Shown one piece after another: positions 36,506 to 46,066 of a DNA stretch of 54,707 nt. The stretch is taken from positions 1 through 54,707 of the forward strand of contig CAZTKT010000001.1 in the NCBI GenBank assembly GCA_964614265.1, read 5' to 3'. The first letter of the stretch is position 1. The number at the start of each line of letters is the position of its first letter. The notes under the pieces were generated by a model. It did not search any database and was not told where the DNA came from. It worked only from the letters and a program-made list of their open reading frames with translations. The position numbers were made by a program, and so were the translations under genes. This DNA comes from an uncultured Candidatus Saccharibacteria bacterium. Lineage in GTDB: Bacteria > Patescibacteriota > Minisyncoccia > Phycocordibacterales > UBA918.

Positions 36506-37775
36506 TGGTGCGACGTTCTCTGGTGAAGTATGTACGCGCGACGTTTTGAATATCCTGCGGTGTCACTCGAGCGATGTCCTCTGAAAAGGTATAGTAGCGA
36601 GTCCAATCACCGAGCGCGATACATTCGGTGAGATTGCTTGTGATAGAGGAGGAGCCATCGCGTCCAAAGATTTCTTCTGCACGAATGGTGGTTTTGAGTG
36701 TCTCAAGACGTTTTGGGGAGATTGTTTTTTTCATGAGTGTCATTAATTCGGTATTGATGATGTGCTCGACTTCTGTATGAGACGCGGTCGCGGTGATCTG
36801 TGCGTAGATGGTGAAAAGCTCGTCATCAAACGTGGGGGTAATGGAACAATCGACAGATGATGCTTGATGAGTATCAACGAGTACTTTTTCAAATCGACTT
36901 TGGGGGCCATCGGAGAGATATGCCGCAATGACATGCAGAACTGCCCACTCAAAGGTGCGACCACCGGGCACTTTATAACTGGTCGCGTGGAGATTGATCG
37001 GATTAGTGCGTACTACTTCGACTTGACGTTCTCCTTCTTGTGTGGGTTCAATGATGTGTTCGTCGGGGATGTGGTGTGGAGAGCGTGAGATAGCACCAAA
37101 TGCCTCACTTGTTGCATGGAGCGCATCGTCTCTCGTGATGTCGCCGACAATGGTGAGTACCGCATTATTGGGCCAGTAGTAGGTGTCATAGAATTGTTTC
37201 AGACTTTGTGTCGTCATTGCTTCAAGATCCGGTTTATGACCGATGGTGTCGTGACTATAGCCGTGAGAGACGTATGCCGCCTGGGTAAGAGCAGTCATCA
37301 GCGCATCGAGGGGAATACCCGCGTGCATCTCGTATTCGCTTAAGACATTAGCGCGTTCGGGAAGAAACTCGCTGTCTTCGATCAGTAGGTTGCGCATGCG
37401 TCCGGCTTCTACCGTGAGTGCTTGGGGGAGGTAGGCACGCGGAACGGTAAAGAAGTAGTTAGTCCGATCGAGCCACGTGGTCGCGTTCATGGTCGCGCCA
37501 GCGTCCTCAAGTATTTTATGACCAGGAATTTTTATTTTTTTACCGAAGCCGTCATGGGTTGGCTTAAAAAGCATATGCTCGAGCATGTGGGCGAGGCCAG
37601 TTCTCCCACGCTCTTCATGACGACTGCCAACGAGATACACGATGTTGCTCGTGACGGTACCGCTTCCGGGGATGTACATATGGAGCACACGGAGACCATT
37701 TTTCTGTAACTGAAATTCACTCACAGCTTGCACTGTCTTGATGTATGAGAAACCAGGAATGGTATCGTTACGCAT
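36483..37775 (-). CDS. M16-family zinc metallopeptidase (insulinase-like)
   Basis: GLAHMLEHMLFK contains HxxEH. The start is uncertain between 37775 and 37850 because the ORF's 5-prime end overlaps the HD gene. Confidence 0.85.
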   Translation of the reverse strand: MRNDTIPGFSYIKTVQAVSEFQLQKNGLRVLHMYIPGSGTVTSNIVYLVGSRHEERGRTGLAHMLEHMLFKPTHDGFGKKIKIPGHKILEDAGATMNATTWLDRTNYFFTVPRAYLPQALTVEAGRMRNLLIEDSEFLPERANVLSEYEMHAGIPLDALMTALTQAAYVSHGYSHDTIGHKPDLEAMTTQSLKQFYDTYYWPNNAVLTIVGDITRDDALHATSEAFGAISRSPHHIPDEHIIEPTQEGERQVEVVRTNPINLHATSYKVPGGRTFEWAVLHVIAAYLSDGPQSRFEKVLVDTHQASSVDCSITPTFDDELFTIYAQITATASHTEVEHIINTELMTLMKKTISPKRLETLKTTIRAEEIFGRDGSSSITSNLTECIALGDWTRYYTFSEDIARVTPQDIQNVARTYFTRERRTIGNFISH

Positions 37776-38361
37776 GTTCTTCTTCGGCATAGATAAAATT
37801 TTTATATTCATCAAAGACATGATTGAATTCGTGCATAATATCGTTTTCAAGACGACTATTTAAAATATTACTGATACTCTGATATACCATGACGCGCTCG
37901 CTTTCGGTACCGCCAAAATCTTTTTTGAATCGTTCACGATCGGTATAGTATTCCTCAATCATTGATCGCATGTTGTGGATCTTGTCCGCCGCCGCCACAA
38001 TGAGAGCTTTCTGCGACGCGTTTTTTAATTGTGTAACATAGTGCGTGCGCTTTTCTCTCCAGGCGTTGTGTGCATCTACTTCCTCTCGGGAGGATGGCTC
38101 AGTCACTTCTTGCACAATAGTGCAAACCCCATACCCAAAATCTTCTTCTAGTTCTTCTTGTGTGTAATCGGTATCTTCAAGTGTGTCGTGGAGAAGCCCC
38201 GCAATGATGGTGTCCTCGTCGTCTGTATAATCGGCGATGATGCAGGCGACCGAGAATGGGTGCGAGATATAGGGAAACGGAATGCGTCCCCTTCGCGTTT
38301 GACCGTCATGGAGCACGCTTGCCGCCCTGATTGCCTGCTCGATGCGGTAGGAATACATCAT
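37768..38361 (-). CDS. Stand-alone HD-domain (RelA/SpoT-type) hydrolase, small alarmone hydrolase-like
   Basis: AASVLHDGQTRRG...YISHPFSVA...GLLHDTLEDT. Confidence 0.8.
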   Translation of the reverse strand: MMYSYRIEQAIRAASVLHDGQTRRGRIPFPYISHPFSVACIIADYTDDEDTIIAGLLHDTLEDTDYTQEELEEDFGYGVCTIVQEVTEPSSREEVDAHNAWREKRTHYVTQLKNASQKALIVAAADKIHNMRSMIEEYYTDRERFKKDFGGTESERVMVYQSISNILNSRLENDIMHEFNHVFDEYKNFIYAEEEHA

Positions 38362-38960
38362 ATGAATTGCGGAATGATTTTGAAATCTGTCATGAGTGTT
38401 GTGATGAGCTCGCGGTTGTAAATGGCGGCCGCGGGGTGGTACTGGGGAATGATGTGAATCGGTCCGTAGGGTGCGTTCGCCTGATAGGATTTTCCATGCG
38501 CGACACTGATCGGTTCAAGCTCAAGTTCGAGATCAAAGAGACGCATCAGATACTGCATCGCATAGCGTCCGAGAGTGACGATTACTTTGGGCTCTATGAT
38601 TGCTATTTGGTGGTCAAGGAACGGGCCATATGCCTCGATCTCGGCGGGAGTTGGGTCGCGGTTCTCCGGCGGTCGATCTTTGACAATATTAGTAATGTAC
38701 ACGTCAGTGCGTGGTATCGCAATACTTGCAAGGAGTGCATCGAGTGTCTTCCCCGCCGCACCACAGAACGGCCGTCCGGTCTTTGCTTCATTTCTTCCTG
38801 GTGCTTCACCGACAAACATAATGTGCGCATCGTGACTTCCCTCTCCAATCACCGGAAGGTAGTGATGTTCAGTGCGATAGGCGTACAGTGGAGAGGACGT
38901 GAGCGCGAGCACCGCATCGCGGATTTCTTTCATCGAGGTATGTTTTTCGTCTGTGGTCAT
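38358..38960 (-). CDS. Family 4 uracil-DNA glycosylase
   Basis: MFVGEAPGRNEAKTGRPFCGAAGKTLD and IPQYHPAAA. Confidence 0.9.
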   Translation of the reverse strand: MTTDEKHTSMKEIRDAVLALTSSPLYAYRTEHHYLPVIGEGSHDAHIMFVGEAPGRNEAKTGRPFCGAAGKTLDALLASIAIPRTDVYITNIVKDRPPENRDPTPAEIEAYGPFLDHQIAIIEPKVIVTLGRYAMQYLMRLFDLELELEPISVAHGKSYQANAPYGPIHIIPQYHPAAAIYNRELITTLMTDFKIIPQFI

Positions 38961-39685
38961 GCGGCTTTATCCCCACGAGCTTCTCTGTCGAGAGAGTCTA
39001 TCTGACGTTGGAGATCAGTATATCGACGTTGCGCGGCACGCATTTTGTTTACGGTTACCCCTAATGTCTTTTTCTTTCTTTCGTGCTCTTGTTTTTGAGA
39101 TGGCAACGTTCTCTTCAGTTCTGCGATCTCTCGTTTAATCTCTGCTTCTCTCTTCGGGATGTCTGCAAGTCTTGTTTGGAGTTGTTTTAGTGCAGGTGGT
39201 AGGCCTTTTTTGGCACCAGCGAGAGCGTGTTGTGCCACAGTAAGTGCCTGTTGATTTTTAGTCTGTTCTGCTTTGAGTGCATTAAGCTCTGCGGTACGTG
39301 TCGCCTGTTCTGATTGGAGACTTGTGATCTCTCTCGCTGCACTTGTATGTTGTTTCTCGAGAACAGGAATTCTTTTCATTTCGTCATTGACGAGCGTCTC
39401 TAAGTGTTTGATTTCTTGTGGTAAGGTATCATTCGCGACCCCAAGAGATTTCTGTTCCGCCGCTAGTTTTTGTGCATCGGAACTTGGTTGTAGGAGCTTT
39501 TTTTCTTCAGTCGTGAGCGTCGCTATCGTCTGCTCTTCTTTTTTTATTTCATCTTCTAGTGCACGGATTTCGGCAGGGAGTTTCTGTGCCTCTGCTTCTA
39601 ATGCAGTGAGCTCTTGTTTTGCCTCTAAGACCTGTTTGCGAGTCTCGGCGAGTTGTCTCTGCACCGCCAATGGATTTGATGCCAT
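38957..39685 (-). CDS. Coiled-coil protein, hypothetical
   Basis: 242 aa that are almost entirely heptad-like and rich in E, K, Q, A and L. It shares 4-nt ATGA overlaps with its neighbours. Confidence 0.6.
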   Translation of the reverse strand: MASNPLAVQRQLAETRKQVLEAKQELTALEAEAQKLPAEIRALEDEIKKEEQTIATLTTEEKKLLQPSSDAQKLAAEQKSLGVANDTLPQEIKHLETLVNDEMKRIPVLEKQHTSAAREITSLQSEQATRTAELNALKAEQTKNQQALTVAQHALAGAKKGLPPALKQLQTRLADIPKREAEIKREIAELKRTLPSQKQEHERKKKTLGVTVNKMRAAQRRYTDLQRQIDSLDREARGDKAA

Positions 39686-39697
39686 ATTATGTATCGA

Positions 39698-39958
39698 TTA
39701 TGTATAGACTTTTTCACTTTCAAGTATAGCACGCTTCTTTTGCTCCCCACCACGGTTGTAGCCACCGAGATGCCCATCGCTTCTAATGACGCGATGGCAG
39801 GGAATCTCTGGGTCGAAATTGGTCGCCATGATACGCGCCACTGCTCGCGCCGCTCGTGGATTTCCCGCACGCGTTGCGACCTCTTTATAACTCAAGGTCT
39901 CTCCCTTAGGAATCCTGTGAACAACTGCCCGTACGGTGTCTGTAAATAAAGAAGTCAT
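39698..39958 (-). CDS. ogt: Single-domain methylated-DNA-protein-cysteine methyltransferase (MGMT C-terminal domain)
   Basis: IPKGETLSYKEVA...IPCHRVIRSDGHLGGY (intact PCHRV). Confidence 0.85.
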   Translation of the reverse strand: MTSLFTDTVRAVVHRIPKGETLSYKEVATRAGNPRAARAVARIMATNFDPEIPCHRVIRSDGHLGGYNRGGEQKKRAILESEKVYT

Positions 39959-39970
39959 GATCGTGAGGTA

Positions 39971-40804
39971 TTATGCCAATATATCAAGAAGTGTCTGCTG
40001 TGCAGGTTCTGTTTGTTTGCGTGCGCGTACTTCCTCGAGCAACTGTTTTCCGGCAATGGCTCGATACGCGCAGTAAGTACACAGTGCGGATGCGTCCGGA
40101 GTGAAGGGTGCCATCAGACAGGCGTACAGATGCGTCAGTGTCTGCGGTATCCACGAGTCGTCTCCGGTGTACGAGATGATAGAAATCTCAAACTCAAGTC
40201 GTGCATCAAATCGATCTGGCTTTGTACTGCCATTGGCGTACACAAAATACGCAATGTTTGATGTTTTAAAACCATTTTTGCGAAAGAGCCATTGATAGAC
40301 TTCCACTTGCCGTTTGTACCCGTCTTGCCACTGTGCATCAAGAGAGACGTCACCTTGCTTGCTGGTTGCTTTGTAATCAACGATATGAAGTTCCCCATCG
40401 GGGTTGATCCATACATCGTCGATCCCGCCACGAATAATGAGATTTATTTCCGGATCATGGTACTTGATGCCGTTTTTCAGAGAATCGCGCCAGAGACCAA
40501 GATCAATGTGTTTAAATGGTACCGCGGTGATCTCATACTCCTCCATGAGTGGGTGCGGATTTCCTGATTCTCGGAGAATGTCGAATTCTTTTTTTAGCAG
40601 TTCGTCTACGGCCACGTTGAGCGTAAATGGATACCCGTCAGGACGCTTGATACCATGTCGTTGATCGAGGTAGAAACAACGTGGACATTCACGAAAGAGA
40701 TCGATTTTTGAACGACTAACCGCAAACGGTGTCTTACTCTTTGGTCCGTGTCGTACTGGATCAAAGCAGAATTTCTTCCCTCGAACTTTGTACAGAAATG
40801 TCAT
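39971..40804 (-). CDS. PD-(D/E)XK nuclease with Cas4/AddB-like cysteine pattern
   Basis: CPRCFYL near the N-terminus, GGIDDV...IVDYKATSK (D...D-x-K), and a C-terminal C...CTYCAY. Confidence 0.75.
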   Translation of the reverse strand: MTFLYKVRGKKFCFDPVRHGPKSKTPFAVSRSKIDLFRECPRCFYLDQRHGIKRPDGYPFTLNVAVDELLKKEFDILRESGNPHPLMEEYEITAVPFKHIDLGLWRDSLKNGIKYHDPEINLIIRGGIDDVWINPDGELHIVDYKATSKQGDVSLDAQWQDGYKRQVEVYQWLFRKNGFKTSNIAYFVYANGSTKPDRFDARLEFEISIISYTGDDSWIPQTLTHLYACLMAPFTPDASALCTYCAYRAIAGKQLLEEVRARKQTEPAQQTLLDILA

Positions 40805-40847
40805 GGGGAAAGTATACCATGGTGGCCAGATCTGATGGAGTGTGGGG

Positions 40848-40890
40848 CAAAAACCATCCCCCTCAGGACGAAGTCCTGAGGGGGATGGTT
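40848..40890 (-). terminator. Strong intrinsic terminator
   Basis: ccatccccctcaggac-gaa-gtcctgagggggatgg, a 16-bp stem with A/T runs on both sides. It lies downstream of the 40927-41487 gene. Confidence 0.75.
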
Positions 40891-40926
40891 TGGCTACTAC
40901 TTCGGGGGTGTTGCTCCAACTGTTAC

Positions 40927-41487
40927 CTACTGCGCGACAAACGTCGTCTCAACCAATCCGCCACTCTTGTTGGTCATTGGCGTATCTGTCTTTCGATCAA
41001 ACACATGATCGCCACTTTCGTTATAGAAAATAACGCGATAGGTTTTTCCTGCTACGGTTTTTCGCATGAGTTCTACCTGTGTTGGTTTCAGACCAACGGT
41101 CGTCTCATATCGAGCGGCACCAATGGCGCTTCCTGGTTTCCCATCGACATCCTCATGTACCGCAATCCACCCTTGTGCAGACGGATATGAAACATTGTCT
41201 CCAAGCGAGACGTTCATCCCCGCAGATTGGTTTATGACGCTAAAGGTAAAATCGCTTGCGACAGACTCTGTCTTTGAGGCAGAGGTCTCAGTGTTTGTTG
41301 TTTCCGTTTTATCCATTCCAGTGTCACTTCCCTTTTGCGTTGTGCCGGTATCGATTCTATTGGTTGTTTTTGATGGTGCTGGCGTATTGGGTGTTCCAGA
41401 GAACAACCATACTAAAAATCCACCAATCAATAATCCTGCAACAAATGCTACCACTGTTTTCTTGCTTGCCTGTGTTTTGTCATCCAT
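40927..41487 (-). CDS. Membrane-anchored secreted protein with a Thr-rich linker, hypothetical
   Basis: TM helix VVAFVAGLLIGGFLVWLF, a T/S-rich spacer, and a C-terminal domain GWIAVHEDVDGKPGSAIGAA. Confidence 0.6.
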   Translation of the reverse strand: MDDKTQASKKTVVAFVAGLLIGGFLVWLFSGTPNTPAPSKTTNRIDTGTTQKGSDTGMDKTETTNTETSASKTESVASDFTFSVINQSAGMNVSLGDNVSYPSAQGWIAVHEDVDGKPGSAIGAARYETTVGLKPTQVELMRKTVAGKTYRVIFYNESGDHVFDRKTDTPMTNKSGGLVETTFVAQ

Positions 41488-41547
41488 ATGCGTTGATCTT
41501 TCAAGAATTACGGTCGATTAATAATCGAGGGGTAGTATAACACCTCC

Positions 41548-42393
41548 TTATGTACTTGTGCAGAGGTTGACACTCTCAGTTACTATGGTCTCTATTTTCT
41601 GTGGTGAAAGACCCAATGATCGCAACATGTCTCGATTTTTTTCTACCTCTGTACAGAGGATTATCCCGTTTTCTAATAAGAGTCGTTTCTCTTGCACGGA
41701 GAGACTCATGAGTGCTGTAATAGGGTACAAACCAAGCTCCTCGATATGGTCTTGTAATGTTTTCCCTTTCGGGTAATTCCAGCTTAGCAGTTGCACTCCG
41801 GTACATTGTGCATATTGTGTTGCTACATTCGTGAACTTGGTATTAGTGATGATGTATGAATCAACAATCGGGCACGTATGTGCCTGTGACACATAGGTGC
41901 CTTGTAGGTCTTGAAAGCGAGCATGTGAATAGAGTGCTACTTGGAGATCGGATTTTGTGCCGGGGTCAGAATGAAACTTTGCTTCTGCAATAAAACAATG
42001 ATCGTTCTTATAGGCAACCAGATCAATTTCGTGCTCAACACATTTTCCTTGCAATATGACTCCCACCTTCGTCTCATATCCCTGTGCCTGAAACATTTTA
42101 CCTAAGAAGTCTTCAAACGGAAATCCTGTTGGACCAAGATTAAAAAGTGCGCGTCGGAGCGAGTATCGCACCGCGACGGTTTTATGGGTTTTTTTCAGGA
42201 GCGATCGTGCGTGGCGATAGATGTCGTTTGTTGAGGCTTCTGCGGTGATCTCTGATTCAACGTGTGCAACGATATCGTTGATTATTTCTGCACTTGCTCC
42301 AGATCGGTGTAGTGAGTGAATGAGTTTTCGGCGGTCAAACGGTTCAGTTGTTCCGTCAACTTTTGTAATGATTGGTGTGTGTTGCGCATCCAT
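41548..42393 (-). CDS. ATP-cone domain fused to a Mrr-like PD-(D/E)XK nuclease domain
   Basis: N-terminal ITKVDGTTEPFDRRKLIHSLHRSG (ATP-cone-like), then HEIDLVAYKNDHCFIAEAKFH (D...E-x-K). Confidence 0.7.
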   Translation of the reverse strand: MDAQHTPIITKVDGTTEPFDRRKLIHSLHRSGASAEIINDIVAHVESEITAEASTNDIYRHARSLLKKTHKTVAVRYSLRRALFNLGPTGFPFEDFLGKMFQAQGYETKVGVILQGKCVEHEIDLVAYKNDHCFIAEAKFHSDPGTKSDLQVALYSHARFQDLQGTYVSQAHTCPIVDSYIITNTKFTNVATQYAQCTGVQLLSWNYPKGKTLQDHIEELGLYPITALMSLSVQEKRLLLENGIILCTEVEKNRDMLRSLGLSPQKIETIVTESVNLCTST

Positions 42394-42405
42394 GGCGATA
42401 GTATA

Positions 42406-43560
42406 TCAGACAGCGGTGGTTTCTGTCTGTACGTGTGTAATAATCCCCCCACCAAGGCATCGTGTGCCGTCATATGCCACACAGGATTGTCCGGGTGTTG
42501 GAGCGTCGCATACTTCTGTGGGGGTAATAGTGGCGCTCTGTACGCCAGTGATGTCAACGAGTGCACGTGTTGGTGTTTGTCGATATCGTGTTTGGATGGT
42601 GATGACATGAGGTGGTTCCCCCCCAATCCAATTGGTGTCAGAGAGAGTGAATGAATGTGGAGTATGTACTGCCAGTACTGGTTTTGTATGCGAGACCGTA
42701 AGAATATTTTCTGGAATATTTTTTGCAACAATATAGTACGGTGCCATATCTGGACTCGTCTGCTGTGTGTGGAATCCATGCCGTTGCCCAACTGTATAAA
42801 ATACCGCACCATCGTGTTCGCCGACTATCTTTCCCGATGTATCTACGACCGCTCCGGTGGTGGCTGGTATAAAGTGTTTGAGAAATGATTTCATATCGAG
42901 CTCGCCCAAGAAGCACACCCCCTGGCTGTCTGGTTTTGTCGCGGTCGTAAGTCCATAGCGCGCTGCTTCAGTGCGGATATCCGCTTTGAGGGTATCGCCA
43001 ATAGGAAAGAGTGTCCGCGTGAGTTGGGCATGAGAAAGTGTCCAGAGAAAGTAGCTTTGATCTTTCTGGGGGTCAGCCCCGCGCCGGAGAGTGATGCTCC
43101 CCGCATCGTTCTTCGGCGCATCGGAGGAATCATCACGCTGTGCATAATGTCCTGTTGCAATATAATCGGCACCCTGTGCATCAGCAAATTCCAAAAATGC
43201 TCCGAACTTCACATGCTTGTTGCACATGACGTCTGGGTTCGGTGTTTGACCTGCCTTGTATGTTGCTACCAGATAGTCCGCAACTTCGCTCTTGTATCGT
43301 TCCGTCGCATCACAGGTAAGGAACGGGATCCCTAAGGTCGCACAGACACGCATTGCGTCGAGACGCTCTTGTTCCCAATTGCAATGGAGAAACGACGGAT
43401 GCCACACTTTTATAAATACACCGACTACGTAGTAGCCAGCATGCAGAAGTCGCGCTGCCGCAACAGAAGAATCAACGCCTCCAGAGAGGCCGACAAACAC
43501 TGTTTTCTTTGTAGTGCCATTCATGTCGTGCATGGTGGCGTAGGAATGCGCACTAGTCAA
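42406..43560 (-). CDS. mnmA: tRNA 2-thiouridine(34) synthase MnmA
   Basis: VFVGLSGGVDSSVAA PP-loop and DSQGVCFLG. The start may be an internal Met. Confidence 0.94.
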   Translation of the reverse strand: MTSAHSYATMHDMNGTTKKTVFVGLSGGVDSSVAAARLLHAGYYVVGVFIKVWHPSFLHCNWEQERLDAMRVCATLGIPFLTCDATERYKSEVADYLVATYKAGQTPNPDVMCNKHVKFGAFLEFADAQGADYIATGHYAQRDDSSDAPKNDAGSITLRRGADPQKDQSYFLWTLSHAQLTRTLFPIGDTLKADIRTEAARYGLTTATKPDSQGVCFLGELDMKSFLKHFIPATTGAVVDTSGKIVGEHDGAVFYTVGQRHGFHTQQTSPDMAPYYIVAKNIPENILTVSHTKPVLAVHTPHSFTLSDTNWIGGEPPHVITIQTRYRQTPTRALVDITGVQSATITPTEVCDAPTPGQSCVAYDGTRCLGGGIITHVQTETTAV

Positions 43561-44563
43561 GGTAGCGTGTTGCGTTTTTCTTATGTTCTTGGTACGTCCG
43601 CGCGTAGTGGAACGTACCGTCTGGAGCCGTTAGGTAGTAGAGAAATGGAGATTCTGTCGGCGAGAGTGCTGCAGTGAGCGCGGTGAGTCCCGGATTATTT
43701 AGTGGAGTCGGCGGAAGTCCCTTATATTTATATGTGTTGTAGGGGGAGTCTGTTTTCAAATCATCAACGGTCACTTTCGAACTTGCTTTATTAAATAAAT
43801 AAGAAAAACTTGCGTCTACTTGGAGTGGCATATCATGATCGAGGCGTTTCCAGAGGATACCCGCGATACGTCGCATAGATTCTTCGTTATTGCCTTCTCG
43901 CTCGAGAATTGATGCCATGGTGATGATATCCGGTACGGATCGTGTTGGGCTGTCTGATGGAGTTGCAAGCCCCATAATTTTTTGTTTGAAAGTGTCTTCC
44001 ATGAGCGTAACAAACTGTTCCGCAGTAAATGTCTCAGGAACATAGTACGTATCGGGGAAAAGGTACCCTTCCTTACCTGCGGTAGCACGTTCAAATGCTC
44101 CTGGCGTGATAGTAGATAGTTGTGCACTCACTAATGCATCTATTTGGGCATTCCGCAGGCCCTCGGGGATGGTGATGCGTATCAATGGGACGCCGTGGCT
44201 ACCAGCGAGGAGCGCGTGGGCTACTACCAGTGTAGAGAGAGGCTGGTCAAACTGGTAGGTACCCGCTTTTACCCCATTTGTACCAGACTGCGCAATCAAG
44301 AGAAATTGTAATAAGAGAGAGGAGCGAACCACGTGCTTCTCTGCAAGAATCTTTGCGGATCCTGCGAGTGATGTTCCTTGTGGAATACCAATACGAATGC
44401 CCACAGGAAACGTACGAGGTGGATTTACCATCCATACTGCCAGGAGACTGCCCCCGCACACGATCAGACCACTGACGAGTGAGACGAGAACGATGCGACT
44501 CGGAAGAAACTTTTTCCAGTCAAATGGTATGCGAGGGGGTCTCGAGAGAATAGTATTTTCCAT
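43553..44563 (-). CDS. mltG: Endolytic murein transglycosylase MltG (YceG-like)
   Basis: TM anchor, MASILEREG and YNTYKYKGLPPTPLNNPG. Confidence 0.92.
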   Translation of the reverse strand: MENTILSRPPRIPFDWKKFLPSRIVLVSLVSGLIVCGGSLLAVWMVNPPRTFPVGIRIGIPQGTSLAGSAKILAEKHVVRSSLLLQFLLIAQSGTNGVKAGTYQFDQPLSTLVVAHALLAGSHGVPLIRITIPEGLRNAQIDALVSAQLSTITPGAFERATAGKEGYLFPDTYYVPETFTAEQFVTLMEDTFKQKIMGLATPSDSPTRSVPDIITMASILEREGNNEESMRRIAGILWKRLDHDMPLQVDASFSYLFNKASSKVTVDDLKTDSPYNTYKYKGLPPTPLNNPGLTALTAALSPTESPFLYYLTAPDGTFHYARTYQEHKKNATRYLD

Positions 44564-44647
44564 ACAGTAATATGTCTTTAGATGTATCTTTCAACCACAT
44601 GCACCGAAGTAAAACAGTTTTTTAAAAAAGTGTGCATATATTCAAGG

Positions 44648-45973
44648 TCACGGTTTTCCTGTGGGAAGATTTGGCGGTGCCTCCACGCGAGCTGACGGAA
44701 TGCGTCCGAGTGTCGGTGTCCGTGCCACCTTACCCGGAAAGTGAAAGATAGTGGCAAGTTCTTCAACTGTCATGATGAATTGCTTATCATCTTGACTCTG
44801 ATTGTCGTAGACACGACGCTTGTATTCATTGATCTCGCGTTTTTTCATCGCGTGTTTCCGACGACCTTTGGGATCTTGCCACCAGTTCCAGTCAAAGTCA
44901 GTACGCCATCGGAGGCCAAACTGATTGAGCATGTTGTCATTATATTGGAACCAAGACGTAATGATGGCACCGATACGCTCGCCAGGAAGAAAAAACCCTT
45001 TTTTGGCAGCATAGATGGCGCGAATAGCGACATTAAATGGTATTTTGGAATATCCTCGCTCGAGCGCCTTGATGACATTACGTTCTCCTTCAGTGAGCCG
45101 TGGTTGGGATTCGAGTTCTGCTGGACCAAGTCGATCGCTCCCTCGTCCAGATATTTTATTGATCTCTGCCTTTATGGCGTCTTTCCAGTCGGATGACTTT
45201 CGCAGATTCCCTGTTTTAAAAGTTTCTCCGCGGTGTGCGGTAATGAGAATCTGAATCCAGATACGTTCATTTGGACCAATACTCCCGAGCATATCGAGCA
45301 TCTGTGTGATGGGATCAATCTTCAGCTCCTCCTTCGGATCTTTGTCGAGACCATAGTCAATGTATGTCTTTATGGGGTATACACTATCTTTTCGTAGGCC
45401 AAAATGCATGCCGAATACATCAAAATCAGTGAGCTCTCCATCAATCTCGGCGGCGTAGTCTATGGGAAGCTGTCGTATCTCGATGCCCGGATACTGTGAA
45501 TAGAGCTGTGCCTCGATAATATTCTTATATTTTTGGGGAGGCAAATTAATAAAAAAACGGACAGTGCCCCCAATGGAGACGAGCTCGAGTGAAAAGGTCG
45601 GAGGATGTTTACCATCCCAGTATGTTTGTATGTGGTTGTCCACGCTTGCCGTTTGATAAAGATGTCCAAGGGCAAGCTCCATCGCGAGAGGTGATTTGAG
45701 AATTTCTTCGGGTAGAAGAATCTCAAGGGTGACTCGACCAAGTCGAGCATAGAAGTGTGTTCGTATATACAATTTCCACATATCAAAAAAGAGCAAGAAA
45801 AGTATTGTGGGGAGCCAGATGGGACTGAGCGCGATTGCAAAGGCAAAGATCCGTAATGCCCCAATGTTCATCCACTGCACGATTGTGGTCAACAATACAA
45901 GTCCAAGAATGACGCCGACAATCGCGACATTTACTCCCAAGCCTTCTAGAAACTTACGGGGCTTCTCCATCAT
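44648..45973 (-). CDS. Polytopic membrane protein with a large soluble C-terminal region, hypothetical
   Basis: Three N-terminal TM helices, then TLEILLPEEILKSPLAMELALGHLY...FSLELVSIGGTVRFFINLP. No family named with confidence. Confidence 0.6.
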   Translation of the reverse strand: MMEKPRKFLEGLGVNVAIVGVILGLVLLTTIVQWMNIGALRIFAFAIALSPIWLPTILFLLFFDMWKLYIRTHFYARLGRVTLEILLPEEILKSPLAMELALGHLYQTASVDNHIQTYWDGKHPPTFSLELVSIGGTVRFFINLPPQKYKNIIEAQLYSQYPGIEIRQLPIDYAAEIDGELTDFDVFGMHFGLRKDSVYPIKTYIDYGLDKDPKEELKIDPITQMLDMLGSIGPNERIWIQILITAHRGETFKTGNLRKSSDWKDAIKAEINKISGRGSDRLGPAELESQPRLTEGERNVIKALERGYSKIPFNVAIRAIYAAKKGFFLPGERIGAIITSWFQYNDNMLNQFGLRWRTDFDWNWWQDPKGRRKHAMKKREINEYKRRVYDNQSQDDKQFIMTVEELATIFHFPGKVARTPTLGRIPSARVEAPPNLPTGKP

Positions 45974-46066
45974 TCTTGCTATGGTACCACATGCACTACG
46001 CACGCACGTGTGCACTATTCACTGTTGGTGTATGCGTAACAATTTGTGCAGGCGTTGTTATCCTCA

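Noticed and set aside
38331-39005. A 224-aa plus-strand ORF
   Set aside because: It is antisense to the family-4 UDG gene and the HD/coiled-coil junctions. The minus-strand genes have clear catalytic motifs.
42282-42812. A 176-aa minus-strand ORF overlapping the 3-prime part of mnmA and the start of the ATP-cone gene
   Set aside because: It is on the same strand as mnmA but in a different frame, and it has no motifs. mnmA accounts for the region.
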